The notes under the pieces are model-generated. The model was not told the origin of the DNA. It worked only from the letters and a program-made list of their open reading frames with translations, and ran no database searches. A program made the translations under genes and the position numbers. DNA of 64,000 bases from Octopus vulgaris (lineage: Eukaryota), in the NCBI GenBank assembly GCA_951406725.2, contig OX597816.1:94922001-94986000 (forward strand), read 5' to 3'. Positions within the stretch are counted from its first letter, which is position 1. The number at the start of each line of letters is the position of its first letter. Positions 25,785 through 39,543 of the stretch are shown here, one piece after another.

Positions 25785-27390
25785 TTAGCTTCCTGGCAGA
25801 TTGCACTATTGCAGTATGTGTTGATGGGGTTCTCTGTTTGACTTACACTCTATTAACTAGGATTCTGTTCCAACACTCTCCCTCTAACCTTCAACAATAC
25901 TCACTCTTTTACAGATGACACCATCATTCATTCCATTTTCATCTTCCACACCCAAGTGTCATTTATATGCAACCTAGACACTACATCACAAATCTGCACT
26001 AATCCCATGAAGAGCAATCTTGAAAAAATCCTCCTATGTGATCAGGTTAAACCTTTTTCTCTTCCAACAGTCAAAATCCACCAAATCATTCTACATATCA
26101 AGAAAATATAATCACAAGTGCTGCATATGTATGAGCAGCATTCAACTAAAGTATGCAATGCAATCACTTTTTCAAGGTACAAAAAACTAATCGAAGAGTT
26201 GAGGAGCGAAAAACTAATCGAAGAGTACAGAGAACAGGGATGGACTGTTGAGTATTACCATCTGGCAGTGGGGGCTAGGGGCTTCATTGAAAGAAAAATG
26301 ACGTTATTCAAAAGAAGATTTGTTTTTTTTTCTAGTTCAGAGCTGAGAAAACTAATAAAGAGAGTACAGGAGGCAGTTGAAAAAGCCAGCTTCTATATAT
26401 GGCTGAAGTGGGAAGACCAAAGATGGCTTGAAAGTCATAACATGCTGGCAGGAAAAATAACATCACTAGGTGAGTCAAGCCGACACTGAATTAGCCTTCC
26501 CGATTGACAGGTGACTTAGAGAATGCATGGGCTAAGACTATGCGTCGTCCTCCGTTGGTCAATCAAAGTTGAGACAATGTTATGTGACAACTTGCTGAGG
26601 TTGCCTGCTGGAGCCTAGCAGCAGGTCTTTAAAAGGAAATTTGACAAGGCAGTCAGTCACCTGCTGACACTTGCTACATGGAAGAAGCTGGGGAACAGAA
26701 GAAAGAAGGAGAAAGAAGACATGCACCCAACACCAGAGCTGAAGACACCTCTGAAAGGGGGTAGGGGGCCCGCCATGTCAAAACGGTAGAGGAGTAGGGG
26801 CCGAAACAGGATGTGGTTCCTCCTGATGATGTCTTGAGCTAACTGGATCCTATGAAGGAGCTGTTGTGGTAGCAGACCACAAAACATGATTGAAATTCTT
26901 CCTTAGCCTCACTACCACAGACACTTTCTCCTAGTCAATGCAGTCTTGACATAGCAAGGATTATATAGCATAGACTAACTTTTCTCATCAGATGAGACAC
27001 ACATTAGGCTACTGTTCTGAGATTGTGTTGGTACTAAACTATGCTAGGTTGCTTCTAGAGAAAGGTCACTTTACTTACTGGCATGAAGTCACTCACCGTC
27101 TCATGCACTGACTCCTCTCTGTATTTTATTCAAATTTTTTTTTATTCCTCTATTACAGTACCTTCTGCTTCATGAAAGTAGCTGTTTTCATACAATATCT
27201 ATTCAGGAATTCTCATCTTATAAATTTCTTCTCTCAATCACCCATATTGTGTTCACCCTTCACCTCAGGCCCAATACTAAACACATTGCCCACTCCTTTC
27301 TCCTTAGAATGTTGGCTTCTTAGAACTCCATCCCCACAACATTGACATATTTCTGGCTGCCATCAGCTTGCTGCAGTGAAATGTTAAAAA
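25785..27390 (+). mobile_element. Decayed CR1/Jockey-like LINE split by the HERO-type insertion
   Basis: SFLADCTIAVCVDG..NTHSFTDDTIIH (YADD-like motif); LINE-like sequence appears to resume after ~26890. Confidence 0.5.
26118..26890 (+). mobile_element. 3' end of an RLE-class (HERO-like) non-LTR retrotransposon
   Basis: ORF 26118-26489 RYKKLIEE..REQGWTVEYYHLAVGARGF..VQEAVEKASFYIWLK matches the restriction-like endonuclease end KY..L....GW.......VG.RGF...AE.AS.WIW; followed by a more GC-rich 3' UTR. Confidence 0.75.
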
Positions 27391-30300
27391 GATCATTCTC
27401 ACCAGTCTCAGAAGACTTGTAAAAGCCATGGGCACTAGTCTTTTCTCTAGACTATAAAAAAGAAAAGACAAAAACAAAAACAATCCTAGCCATGACCATT
27501 CAGTCATTTTCTTATTATCAGACATTATTGTGTATAACACTAAATTATTCTATGTACTCCCTTTTTTAAGACAACACACATATGGTTTAAGGGAGACTTG
27601 ATTGTAATTTTTCTTTTGAATGGCTTTGAGAAAAGAGGACAGTACTTATGGCCCTTTTCAGAAACTTTGGGAACGGTGGGAAAAGGAAAGGAGGAAAGAA
27701 GTTATCTTCAGTTATCTATTTCTAGCAAGGTGAGTGACTATGTAGAGACTATCTTGTTGGCTTATATGGAGTTTAGTAGTGTGGAATAGTAATATGTTGT
27801 CATAACTAATGTAGTATACTTAGTTAAGTGCTGTGTTATAATGTAAGAGTTTTAATACAGTTTGCTGGGCTGCGGTATATATTGTAATATTATTGGTTTA
27901 TTGAATGTTTTTAATAAAAGCATTTTCTAATAGTTTGAATATTGGTTTGTGCTACAAGGCCATAACTTTCCCTAATACTTTAATATATTGCAATGCTGTC
28001 GAGCATAGGGTAGTATTCTGAGCAGTTCTAATAATGACATATTTCAAATGAAGACAACTAGCGTATTAAAACAATATTGCTGTTTCTTTGGTTTCAAATT
28101 GCTTCATTGGTTACCATAGATACCAGGTTGACTGGCTACATAGAGTCAGGAACCTTTGTAAAACCACAAATAAATTGCTAGTATTTAAGAACCTATGAGG
28201 AGTGATGGAAACGTTCATCATCATCATCATTATCATCATCATCATCATCATCATCATTGTCGCCGTCGTCATCGTCGTCGTCGTTGTTGTCATTGTCATT
28301 ATTAAATGTCTTTTTTCCACACTGGCATGGGTTATTATAAGAAAAATTGGTAGGTGCAACACTGTCTTTATTCAAACAAACATGGTATATTTAGAGCAAC
28401 AATATTAAGTGTTGTTCCATTATGAGATACTTGAGGATGATTAGAGGGAAATTTGGTTGCTATTTCTAGCATGTTGAATAACAGTATTTAGACATTTTCA
28501 TTGATTTGTTGCAGTTTTTAGTTGTGCTAATATTCATATTGTTGTCGTTAAGGATGATGAATTGGAAAAACTGCCTTGCAGTATTTGTTCCAGCTCTGTA
28601 AGTTTTGAGTTCAAATCCCCTGAGATTAAGTTTGCCTTTCGTTCATTCAGGGTTCATAAAATTAAGTACAAATAATGTACTGGGATTAAATGATCAACTT
28701 TTTCCTCCCTATAAAATTTCAAATTTTGTGTCTACATGAGAAATTATTATTGTTGCCACTGCTGATTTTGTTGATGGTGCTGCTGTTATCGTTGTTTAGC
28801 CCTAGGCCAATACTGACTGAGTAGATACATGATCAAAAGCACTCCAGCCATAACTATCCCATTTTCTATTTCAGATAGATGCATAGAAGCTATTTTTTTG
28901 GTAACTTAAGTAGTAGTGTTTTTAGTATTATTAATGTTGCTATTGTTGTTTAATAAACCTGGGTCAGCTCGACCATATCAAGCACTGAAGTAGCCTGTTA
29001 AATGGAGCATTCATTTAATACATTTAATTAGTTGCTATAGGCATTCTATACTTCTTGTGGGCAGGTCTTGCTGCTCTAATATTCAAGTCTTGAAATGTGT
29101 CAACATTTGGCTATGGTGAGCTTGTCAGAAAGCTATTTCTTTATTTATTAATTCACTTTGGAGAAAGAACTCTATCTATGACCCTCTAAAACCAGTGAGC
29201 TTGACAGTGAATTCTGATGAATTTGGAATCAGGAAGCTATCTTACTGGTTTATGTTTTATATTTGCTCTATATGTGAATATGTGAGTGTATATGTGTGTA
29301 TTTATTTGTGCATGTTTGTGTGCTGTGCAATACACGTGTCAATCCTTTTTTGTCTGCAAATTTGTGCTATGTAGTTAAATAAATATTAGCCAAAAATTAA
29401 TCTATATTTCATTGCCTGCACTACAAAATTGCTAATTATGTTTATTTTACTCAGGCTTAATCTAAGTTAATGTGTTATCATCTAGAATAACTTTGACATA
29501 CTTATGTCCTACTTAAGTAATGATTGACAAATTTAACTAGGAGTTAAAGAGTTTTACAGATAATTAATTTACAAATACCACCTAATCACTGTTGAATGGC
29601 TATCAGCATAACTGGTATCTTGATGTTAAAAGATTTGCTTCAACATTAAGCAATTATATACTTTTGTAAAAATCTTCTACTTTAGTATGAAAAATGAAAA
29701 TAATACAGTTAAAAAAAGATCAAAGAGTAATAACAAAAAAGTTTTGGGGCCAAGGAGAGAGAGCATGTATTTGGTTGTTTGACTTGTTAGAAATAGCAGC
29801 CAAATCTCTGTCAAATTACGGTTTGCTGTCTTAAAAACAGAAGGATATAATGAATAATGCAGTCCTACATATGATTAAAAATAATCTGGTGACAACTGGA
29901 ATATTTTTGACCTGGTGGACCAAGAAAAAACACAAGCTGGATATTGATTGGAGAATAATATTTTATCTGTTCAGAAATTAATAACGAGTGGTGAGGATGA
30001 TTACCATTTTGATAACTTCTATAACTTTTACATAAGCTTTTGGCAGGAAAACACTCTTCATGTTGGTTTGGAGTAAGGTGCCTCTGAGTACCAATTTTGT
30101 TATTGATCACCTCCTTTCTCTCTAGATGAAAATCCAAGGAATTTAAAGTGATACTCAATTTCATCATATTCAGTTCATTCTCCAAGAAGAAAAGGTTTTT
30201 TGTCATGAACTGTCTTACTTTTTCTTTTTAAACTGTTTTTAAAAGACAAATCAGAATTTGTGAAAGATAAAACATATCTTCATTGAAACAATGTTGGAAA

Positions 30301-30920
30301 GTTGTACATATCTTTATCAGAGGGAAAAGTAGCAAAACAAGATGTGAGGAGAAATGATACATGGTTTAAAAAAATCAAAATCCAGAATAGTCAAAAACCT
30401 GTGGATTCCAGCAAAAAAAAAAAGAAAAAAAATCCAGTGAAGTTTTGACTTGACATGGTTTGAGTGATCATTAAAATTAGATAAATCATTAAAATGTCAT
30501 TAGTACTTAAGCTCCAGAAGATGAAGTGAAGTTTTGATTCAACAAAAGTTTTGCATCATAAATTATATTTATGTAAGTAAAGAATTATCAATATTATCTC
30601 AAGTTTTCTTTTTTATAGAGTCTTCAATTTTTTATTTTACTTTACGCTGAAGGCCCAGAAGACCCCTGTGGAAGCTTAACTAAAAGTCTATGTGAATGGC
30701 AGCTTTTTGGCTAATAATAAATAACACCCATGCCTGCATGGAAAACGGATGTTAAACGATAATGATAATGATGATGATGATGAGTAATACACTACAGGTA
30801 GTTGAATAAATTATACCATTCTCTTTAAAAATCAGGCCTTGAACCCAATAAACTATAATTACTTTAAATTTTGAATGAATTTGTATTCCATTTTAAAAGT
30901 TTATTATTATTATTGTTGTT

Positions 30921-31153
30921 AAGGTGGCAAAGTGGCAGAATTGTTAGCACACTGGGTATTTCACCCGTCGCTACGTTCTGACTTCAAATTCTGCCAAGGT
31001 TGACTTTGATTTTCATCTTTTCAGGGTTGGTAAAATAAGTACCAGTGAAACACTGGGGGTCAATGTAATCGATTAGTCCCCTCCCCCAAAATTTAAGGCC
31101 TTGTGCCTATAGTAGAAAGGATTATTATTATTGTTGTTGTTGTCATCATCATC

Positions 31154-31200
<47 letters not shown>

Positions 31201-31420
31201 CATTATTGCAAGTTGGCAGTATCATTAGCATGTTGGACAAAATGATTAGTGGCATTTCATCTGTCTTTACATTCTAGGTTCAAATTCTGTCATGGTTGAC
31301 TTTGTCTTTCATCTTTTCAGGGTCGATGAAATTAGTACCAGTTAAGCACTGGGGTCAATGTAATCGACTTATACCCTCTCTCATAATTGCTGTCCTTGTA
31401 CCAAAATTTGAAACCATTAT
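30921..31420 (+). mobile_element. Two tandem SINE family B copies separated by (ATT)n
   Basis: Repeated ggcag..gttcaaattctg..gttgacttt..agtaccag..ggggtcaatgtaatcga. Confidence 0.75.
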
Positions 31421-32676
31421 TATCATTGAAGATGTCAGTGCAGAAATGTAATCAAAGAAAAGTAAGACTAAGGCTTTCGAAAGAGACAAATGAATAAAAA
31501 TTGCTGGTTTAGGGAAGGTACTCATGTCCACAAGCTGTATTGCGATAACAGTACAACATATTGACTTTATAGAATAATTTGATTTGATTTAATTAAAAAA
31601 ATGTCTTATTATCAAGGTGAGTTTAACATGGGAAGGTAATATGAAGTGGAGTGCAAGTATGAGGAACTTAGGGAGTTGTATGAGGCATGAAAATGGTAGT
31701 GTACAGTACTACCAGTGGAGATAGGGTGTCATGAGTGTGTAACTAGATCTGCTATTAAGGATTGTACTTTAGAGGAATAAGTGAGCAATGATTTGAAAAA
31801 TGGAAAAGGAAGCATAGATATGATATAGGCAAATGAAAAAAAGATTAAAGTTTAGAGGATGTAAATTATCATCAGTAATTAGTTAATAAAATAGATGCTG
31901 CATAACCAAAGTGATTACAACAGTTCCTTTTCTGATGGAGGTAACTATATAGATGAGAAAAAGAGTAGAAATATAAATGCCTGCTATAATGTGAGCCTAA
32001 AGCACTCACACGAAACCTAATAGTGTCAATGTTGCTAGGAACCACTAAAATGAGCGATTCTGTATGAAGTTGGCAAAAATCATTACAATCTCCAGTCAGC
32101 ATATGATAAAGGCAGTGTACTGTATTGAAAACTGGATGTTGTTGCTGTTGTCTGACTCAAAATCAGCATTATCCAATCGTTTTGTATATTTAAGAGTACA
32201 TTGTTCAATATATTCTTCCCTTTTTAGGATGATAGGTATGATTTGAGGGAGATTTGGATGTTATTTCTAACAGAGCAAAGAACCACATAGACGATTCCTC
32301 ATTGGTTCATGCAAACCATATGTTGTTTTTCAGTTCAGGTCATCTAGGATCATTTCCAACTGACCTGTATAATCAAATGCATTCCAACTTTGACTGACTC
32401 ATCTTTTTCAGCAGAGCTACTTTCATTTCCATTGTCAAGACAGAAGGGTATGTTTTGAGATGGATTCAGATGTTGTTTCTAGTGAATCAAACAATTATGT
32501 AGAAGCTCGTTTGTTAGCCCATGACATTTTTGTTGTTGTTTTGATCCAGCGAATCTATTATGAAAGTCATTTTAGCCATCAGTATCCTATTTTATCTAAA
32601 ATATAGTTGTACTAGGACTGCATTATTCAATACTAACAGAAATACTTCCCTCCTGAGGGTGGTATTTCTGCTAATG

Positions 32677-32727
<51 letters not shown>

Positions 32728-32729
32728 GC

Positions 32730-33253
32730 AATCCTTTCTCCTATTGACACAAGACCTGAAATTTGATGGGAGGGGTCTAATTGATTACGCTGAGCCCAGT
32801 GCTCAACTGGTACCTGTTTTATCAACCCTGAAAGGATGAAAGATAAAGACAACCTCAGCAGAATTTAAACTTAGAAATATAATGATAGAAGAAATCCTGC
32901 AAAGCCTTTTGTCCCTTGTGCTTATGATTCTGCCAGCTCACCACCTTAATAATTCTTTCTATTATAGGAACAAGGTCTGAAATTTTGGATGAGTGTTCGA
33001 CTGCTACTTCAGCATTCTGCCAACTCACAGCCTTAATAATGGTTTCAAAATTTGGCAAAAGGCCAACAATTATGGGAGAAGGGGTTAGTCGATTACATTG
33101 ACTCCAGTGTCCAACTGGTACTTATTTTATTGACCCTGAAAGTATGAAAGGCAAAGTCGACCTTGATGGACTTTTCATTAAGAATGTTAAGGTGGATGAA
33201 ATGCTGCTAAGCATTTTGCCTGGTATACTAATGATTCTGCCAGCTCACTGCCT
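32730..33253 (-). mobile_element. Cluster of SINE family B copies
   Basis: Reverse-complement family B sequence, CpG-decayed. Confidence 0.75.
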
Positions 33254-34016
33254 TTCACTGCCTCAATAATAATCCCAGGATTTTTTAATAACTGCCCAAC
33301 AAAGTGTAACACATGGTAACTTACAGAGTAACAAGCAGCATTATGATAAGATATTCTTTCTTTTCATTAAAGGTATTAGACTGTAATGTGAGGGAGATTT
33401 GGCTGTAGTTCCTAGCAGGTCTAACCACCATGGCTAGTAAGCTACATGTTGAATATTAAGGTCAATGGCAATCAGCATAAAGCGAAAGATTAGCTTCCAA
33501 ACACACGAAAGTATAATATCAATTTCCATTTGATGTCATTTTGCTTATGTTTACTAATATCTTTGTGAAATGTTCACACATCACAAACCCTTTACTTCTC
33601 TAGTGCTCAGTCAAGTGGAACCATGGTAGAAATGATATCAGTTTTGGAAAGTATCTATTTCAAGTTGTTTTTAGTAGGCCTGTAATAATCTATTGATGAG
33701 TGCTAACATTATTGATCCTTGAACTAACAAACAACTACATAAATCAATTTTTAAAGTGGAAACATTTGCATTTATATATATAAAAAATACACTAAAATAA
33801 ATAAACTGGAATCAATGTAGATAAATGCAACAATGTAAATATTGGGCTGTCATTAGATTACATTGAGGTTGCATATTGATTCATGTGGAACAAATTTTAG
33901 ATTCATTTCAAACAAATACAGGGAAACACAGATAATGAATGAGGAATAGATATTTAGAAGCATTACTCCAATATTGTTTGCAGTTATCAAATTGCTTAGT
34001 TTTAATTCATATTTAA

Positions 34017-35645
34017 CTAGCTGAATTACCCAGCATTGCCCAGGTTACTGCTGTTCTTATTCAGATTAGTATGCAATAAATATGAAGATATTTTTTGGTT
34101 TCTCATAATTATTTCAACATATTGGTATTTTGTTAAAAAATATCCAAATTGTAATGATAATAGAATTTAGAACTGAAAATCTGTCAATATTGAAGCATCT
34201 CAGGATAAACAGGATTCATCATCATCATAATCATCATCGTTTAACGTCCGTTTTCCATGCTAGCATGGGTTGGATGGAGATTCATTGTGTAATTTTTTGT
34301 TGGTATCCAAATGAATAAATTGTTGCTGTTTCCAACTCATGAGCAGCCAACATAGAGTTGGCTGTGGGAGAAGTATGTAGTAGAGAGATGAAGTCCAACT
34401 AACTTGAGGGATTGACCCTGAAGTTTGTTAAATGAAATACCAAAACTTAATTTAACTGTAAACTGAAGTCTCTTAAATTCAAATCTATAGGGATGAGAGG
34501 AAATTTTGGAATAAAGACATTTTCTTCTTTGTGACTACCTGTTATGATTGTTATCAGTAGGACATGGGGCTTCATGGAAGTAACAATTAAGTGAGTTCCA
34601 TTACACAGGCAAGGTGGGTCAAGGTTCCTAAGCAACATGATGGGAGCATCCAGCTTTAGTGACAAGTTATGCAATGGCATTCCAGTGGGTTTAAGTGTGT
34701 TCAGGAATTCAGTATTGAACAGCCTAATCTTGATCGACTGTTGTGTGAATTGATAGAAAAGTAATTTCTGATGTGTCTGTTAACTTTTGAATTTCATGAT
34801 TGAGTTTATCATCCATTTCATTAGTTGGAGCCAGTATAGCTCTTTCACATAGCCAGTTTACATCAGTGTAATTGACAATCACACATACACTCTCACATAC
34901 ATACTCTCACATACACTGACACATACATACACTCACATATACTAAGACAGACACACCCAGTCATACATTTACATAACAAATACGCAAACTCGCACACACT
35001 CACAGACACATACACACTGATATACAAAATGTGTTGTTGTCATAGTGGTGGTGGTATAATATGTCCTCTTCTATGTGGTACATGATGAACATGCAAACAC
35101 ATACACACACTCACAGACACTCATATGCAAAATGTGTCATGGTGGTGGTATGAGATGTCCTTTACTATCTCTTATATAATGAATGTGCAAACACACACAC
35201 AGACACACACACTGACAGACATGTACACACTCATATGCAAAATGTGTCTGTACGAAATGAACAGGCAAATACACACACTGACAGACACATACACACACAT
35301 ATACAAAATGTGTCATCATCATTGTCATGGCATAAAATGTCCTTTACTATGTCGTATGTAACAAACACACAAGCACACACACACTGACAGACACATACAC
35401 ACTCATATACAAAATGTGACATCGTGGTGGTAGTGGTGGTATAAAATGTCCTTTACTATGGGTGACTAAAGAAAGATTATTTTTGAGAAAATGTTATATT
35501 GTTTTAATCTAAATGAAAATAAAAATTACATGTTGACACTTGCGAAGTCTAATAAAAAATTTGATTTGATTTGGTGGAGCTATTTCAGAATGCATAGGGA
35601 ACAGACTAACAGACAGAGAGACAAAGAATTTTATATAGAGAGAGA
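34017..35645 (-). mobile_element. Internally deleted Helitron with both termini
   Basis: Minus strand: A|TC at 35645, subterminal hairpin cctgggcaatgctggg, CTAG|T at 34017; contains a helicase fragment and degenerate tandem repeats (34880-35460). Confidence 0.85.
34310..34880 (-). pseudogene. Helitron PIF1-like helicase fragment
   Basis: GMPLHNLSLKLDAPIMLLRNLDPPCLCNGT..VFIPKFPLIP, then frameshifted QGQS and SQLYVGCS*VG motifs. Confidence 0.9.
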
Positions 35646-35699
35646 TAAATCAGTACTTTGGTACAATGGATTTTGAAATAAAACTGATAAAAGCTACTA

Positions 35700-36541
35700 T
35701 GATTCAGTATGCTGCACTGGTATGGTCATGTGGCAAGAATGGATGAGAATAGCTGTGTGAAAAAGTGCCACACCCTAGCAGTTGAAGGAACCTGTTGAAG
35801 AGGTAGACCCAGGAAGACCTGGGATGAGGTGGTGAAGCATGACCTTCGAACATTAGGCCTCCCTAAGGCAACGACTAGTGACTGAGACCTTTGGAAATAT
35901 GCTGTGCTTGAGAAGACCCAGCAAGCCAAGTGAGACCATAACCCGTGGCCTATGCCAGGGGTATAACCAGCCCACTTATGCATACCTTTCCTTCACTGGA
36001 CATTAAACTCTGCTTGCAAAGACCTGTTGAGGCAAGTGAAATCGAAATAAAATTCGATGACTGGCATCCGTGCTAGTGGAGTGTTAAGAGCACCATCCGA
36101 ACATGATCGTTGCCAGAGCAGCTAACTGGCTTCTGTGCCAGTGGCATGTAAAAAGCACCATTTGAGTATGACTGTTAACAACGTCGCCTTATTGGCACTT
36201 GTGCCAGTGACAGATGAAAAATATTTGAGTGAGATTGTTGCCAGTGTTGCTGGACTGGTTCCTGTGCAGGTGGTATGTAAAAAACATCATTCGAGCAGGG
36301 ATGTTGCCAGTACTGCCTGACTGGCCTCATGCCAGTGGCACGTAAAAGCACCCACTACACTCTCAGAGTGTTTGGCATTAGGAAGGGCATCCAGCCGTTA
36401 AAACTCTGCCAGATCAGATTGGAACCTGGTGCAGTCATCTGGTTCGCCAGTCTTCAGTCAAATTGTCCAACGCATGCCAGCATGGAAAGTGGACATAAAA
36501 TGATGAAGATGATGAAGATGATGATGATGATGATGATGATG
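35700..36541 (+). mobile_element. RTE LINE 3' end (ORF end plus repetitive 3' UTR)
   Basis: LHWYGHVARMDENSCVKKCHTLAVEGTC*RGRPRKTWDEVVKHDL, followed by the family C tail and (GAT)n. Confidence 0.85.
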
Positions 36542-39002
36542 ATATATATATATATATATATATATATAGTGGCACATAAAAAGCAGCCATTACACTCTTA
36601 GAGTGGTTGATGCTAGGAAGGGTAGCCAGCTGTAGAAACCATGCCAAATCAGACTGGAATCTGGTGCAGATCTCCAGAGTACCAGGTTCAGTCAAATTGC
36701 CTATTCCATGCCAGCGTGTAAAGCTGATGCTAATGATGATGATGATGATGATATATATATATATATTGGTGTCTTAGAAATCATGTCAAAGCTGATGGTA
36801 GAAGCTGGGTGCTGTCCTCAAGCATGCTGGCACCTGTCAAACTGTCCAACCCATGTCAGCTTGGAAAACGCATATTAAATGATGATGATGATGATGATGA
36901 TGATGATATATTGTGCTTTTAATGGGTGTGTGTGACAAACTCAAGATCTGCTCTAATACAAACTCTAGCTGTATCACTGTAGCAGAGAACTCTTTAAATA
37001 ATCACAAGTTCAGATCTTACTATGACAATTAATATTGTACTGTGTTCCACATGTTCATTCTTTACTTTGTTTTAACAATAATTGCCAAGGCCATACTGGA
37101 TCACTGCATGCTTCTTCAAATGATGAAAGGTTTCAGCTCCAGCTTCTTCAAATGATGAGAGGTTTCCACTCCTACTTCACAACTTAGTGGATAACAAGAG
37201 GAAGAATTTCCAGAGGTAAGAATTAATAAATAAACAAAATAGGAAAGAATTACCCCCTTCCAAAGAAAGTTACCTCCTTTTACTAAGTAGTGTGAAGAAA
37301 TGGATGTAAAAGAACCCACTTACACATATACTTACACAAGCAAACACACATCCACATGCACACTACATATACACATGCACATAATGCACATACATACACA
37401 CACAACACCCATACACACACAGCACCCACACACTCATACCATATACTATACACAAAAAATAGCTCATTAAGAGATATAGAAATTTCCTTGCTGGTTCATT
37501 TACCCACTGAGATTCTGTTATGTGCCAACTACAACAACTGCTGTGAGATCTTTCTGAAGGGATAGTTTATAGGTATGTTGACAACACTTTTAAGTGATGG
37601 AACTGAGATTTTAGAGAGACGGTAAATATATTTTAATACCGTATCTAGTATGAATAAGGATGGGAGTTGTGGGAGGAAGAGAATTAGGAGGTGGATGACA
37701 AAATGGTTGGAGCTTAACAAATGTCTTCATTACAAGATAAACTGAACATAAAAATCTCAAATTGGAAACTGTAATATGGGTGTCTTCTGGTGTAAGAAGT
37801 AAATGAGTCATAAAAATTAATAGAAGTGAATCTAGGTAGATATATATAAAGATAAATAAATAGTGTGAGTGTGTGTATGAGTGTGTGTGAGTGAATGTGT
37901 GTGTGTAAGTGTATATGAGAGAGAATGTGTGTTAGAGATCTTGCTAGCTAGCTAGTTAAGTTGACACATACTGTAGATTAATAGGTCTTAAATTTGAGTG
38001 TGGAGGGATTAGTTAATTAAAATGATCTCCTAAATATGATTGGTACTTATTTCATTAGTCCTGGAGGAATGAAAGGCAACACTGACCTTGGAAGGATTTG
38101 AACTCTAAGAGTAAAGAGCTGAAATCATATGATACACAGACATATAGGAAGACAGATAAGTAGATAAACTTATGTAAATTTTACTTTCTATGATAGCATA
38201 ATGTGGCTAAGAAGAAGGGGAAAATGTGAAGAGGCATTATGTTTGAACAAATCTTTGATGTTCCTGGCTTTTGTTCAATTTCTTTTCATATTTTCTGATA
38301 GAGGAGATAAGGCACACACCTCTATAATGGAGTATTATTTTAATGTTAGAAAGTTAAAAGGGAATAGAAGCAAGATTAATGTTATTGAGTGTTTGAGAGA
38401 TAATCTTAACTACTGGACATCAAAGAAATAGGTTTTGACAAATTATGTAGGAATGAATGAATAAGGAATTCTGTACATAATCATTGTTGATGTTTATTCT
38501 GTTGATTTCAAAGAATACCTTGGTGTGAAGGCACCTGCTGCCATCCAGCTTTTAGTTGGTATTACAGTGATTAGTAAACAGGTAAACAGCTGGACAACAG
38601 AATGACTCTTTCAGTAATCTCTCTCAAAATATTTTAAACAGATGTGATTAGAAGTAGCTAGAATATTAAGGTACAAGGAACTGCTATATTCTGGCTACCA
38701 CTGAGAGAGTTGAAATACCAAACAGAAATTTTTGAGCTAAGTGAAAATTGGAGAAAGAAATGTTATCTTTCATAGTTTAAAGAACTTTATATTTCTGAGA
38801 GGGGTTATTAGAATATGGATTAAATAATCATAATTTTTGTGGTGTTATTATATTACCCTCTGTAGCATATGATAGGATGAAAACTTACTTGTGTTCAGCT
38901 TATGAATAATCATTTATTCAATACCTCCTTAAACCAGTAATAATGAAAAGTACCTTTTCATGTTTATAAAGAGGTGAAATGTACTCACCCATCATATATA
39001 TT

Positions 39003-39215
39003 GATTTCAAATTTTGGCACAAGGCCAGCAAGTTTGGGGAAGTAGGTAAGTCAATTACATTGATCCCAATACTCAGCTGGTACTTATTTCATCAATCCTG
39101 AGAGGATGAAAGGTAAAGTCAACCTCAGTGGAATTTGAACTCAGAACACAAAGACAGAGGAAATGCCACTAAGTATTTTGCCTGGTGTGCTAACGATTCT
39201 GCCAGCTTGCTGCCT
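39003..39215 (-). mobile_element. SINE family B copy (CpG-decayed)
   Basis: aaagtcaacctcagtggaatttgaactcag versus the CpG-intact copy at 5155. Confidence 0.75.
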
Positions 39216-39543
39216 TGCCTACCATATATATTGACACCTAGGCACACAGGATTCTTGATAGTTAAGTGTGTTGGTCATGGACAGCATGCATCTCTCTGGT
39301 AACAAACCACACCAAGCAACATACCAGAAACATCTCATTATAGTAATCGTTTCACTCAGCCACAAATATGTCAAATTAGAAATATCTCATATAAGCCAGA
39401 AATGAGTTTTAATAAGTTTAATGTTAATATCATCTACAAATTTGTCTATTATTTTCATTCAGAATATTTATGATTTTTATATACTGGAACTGGCAGTAAC
39501 TTATTCCAAAGAATTTTGTCTCAATCATAGCAATATATATATA

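Noticed and set aside
29865-30206. 113-aa minus ORF as a host exon
   Set aside because: No convincing splice sites. An alternative frame (EYDEIEYHFKFLGFSS, with stops) looks more like a decayed hAT N-terminus, too weak to call.
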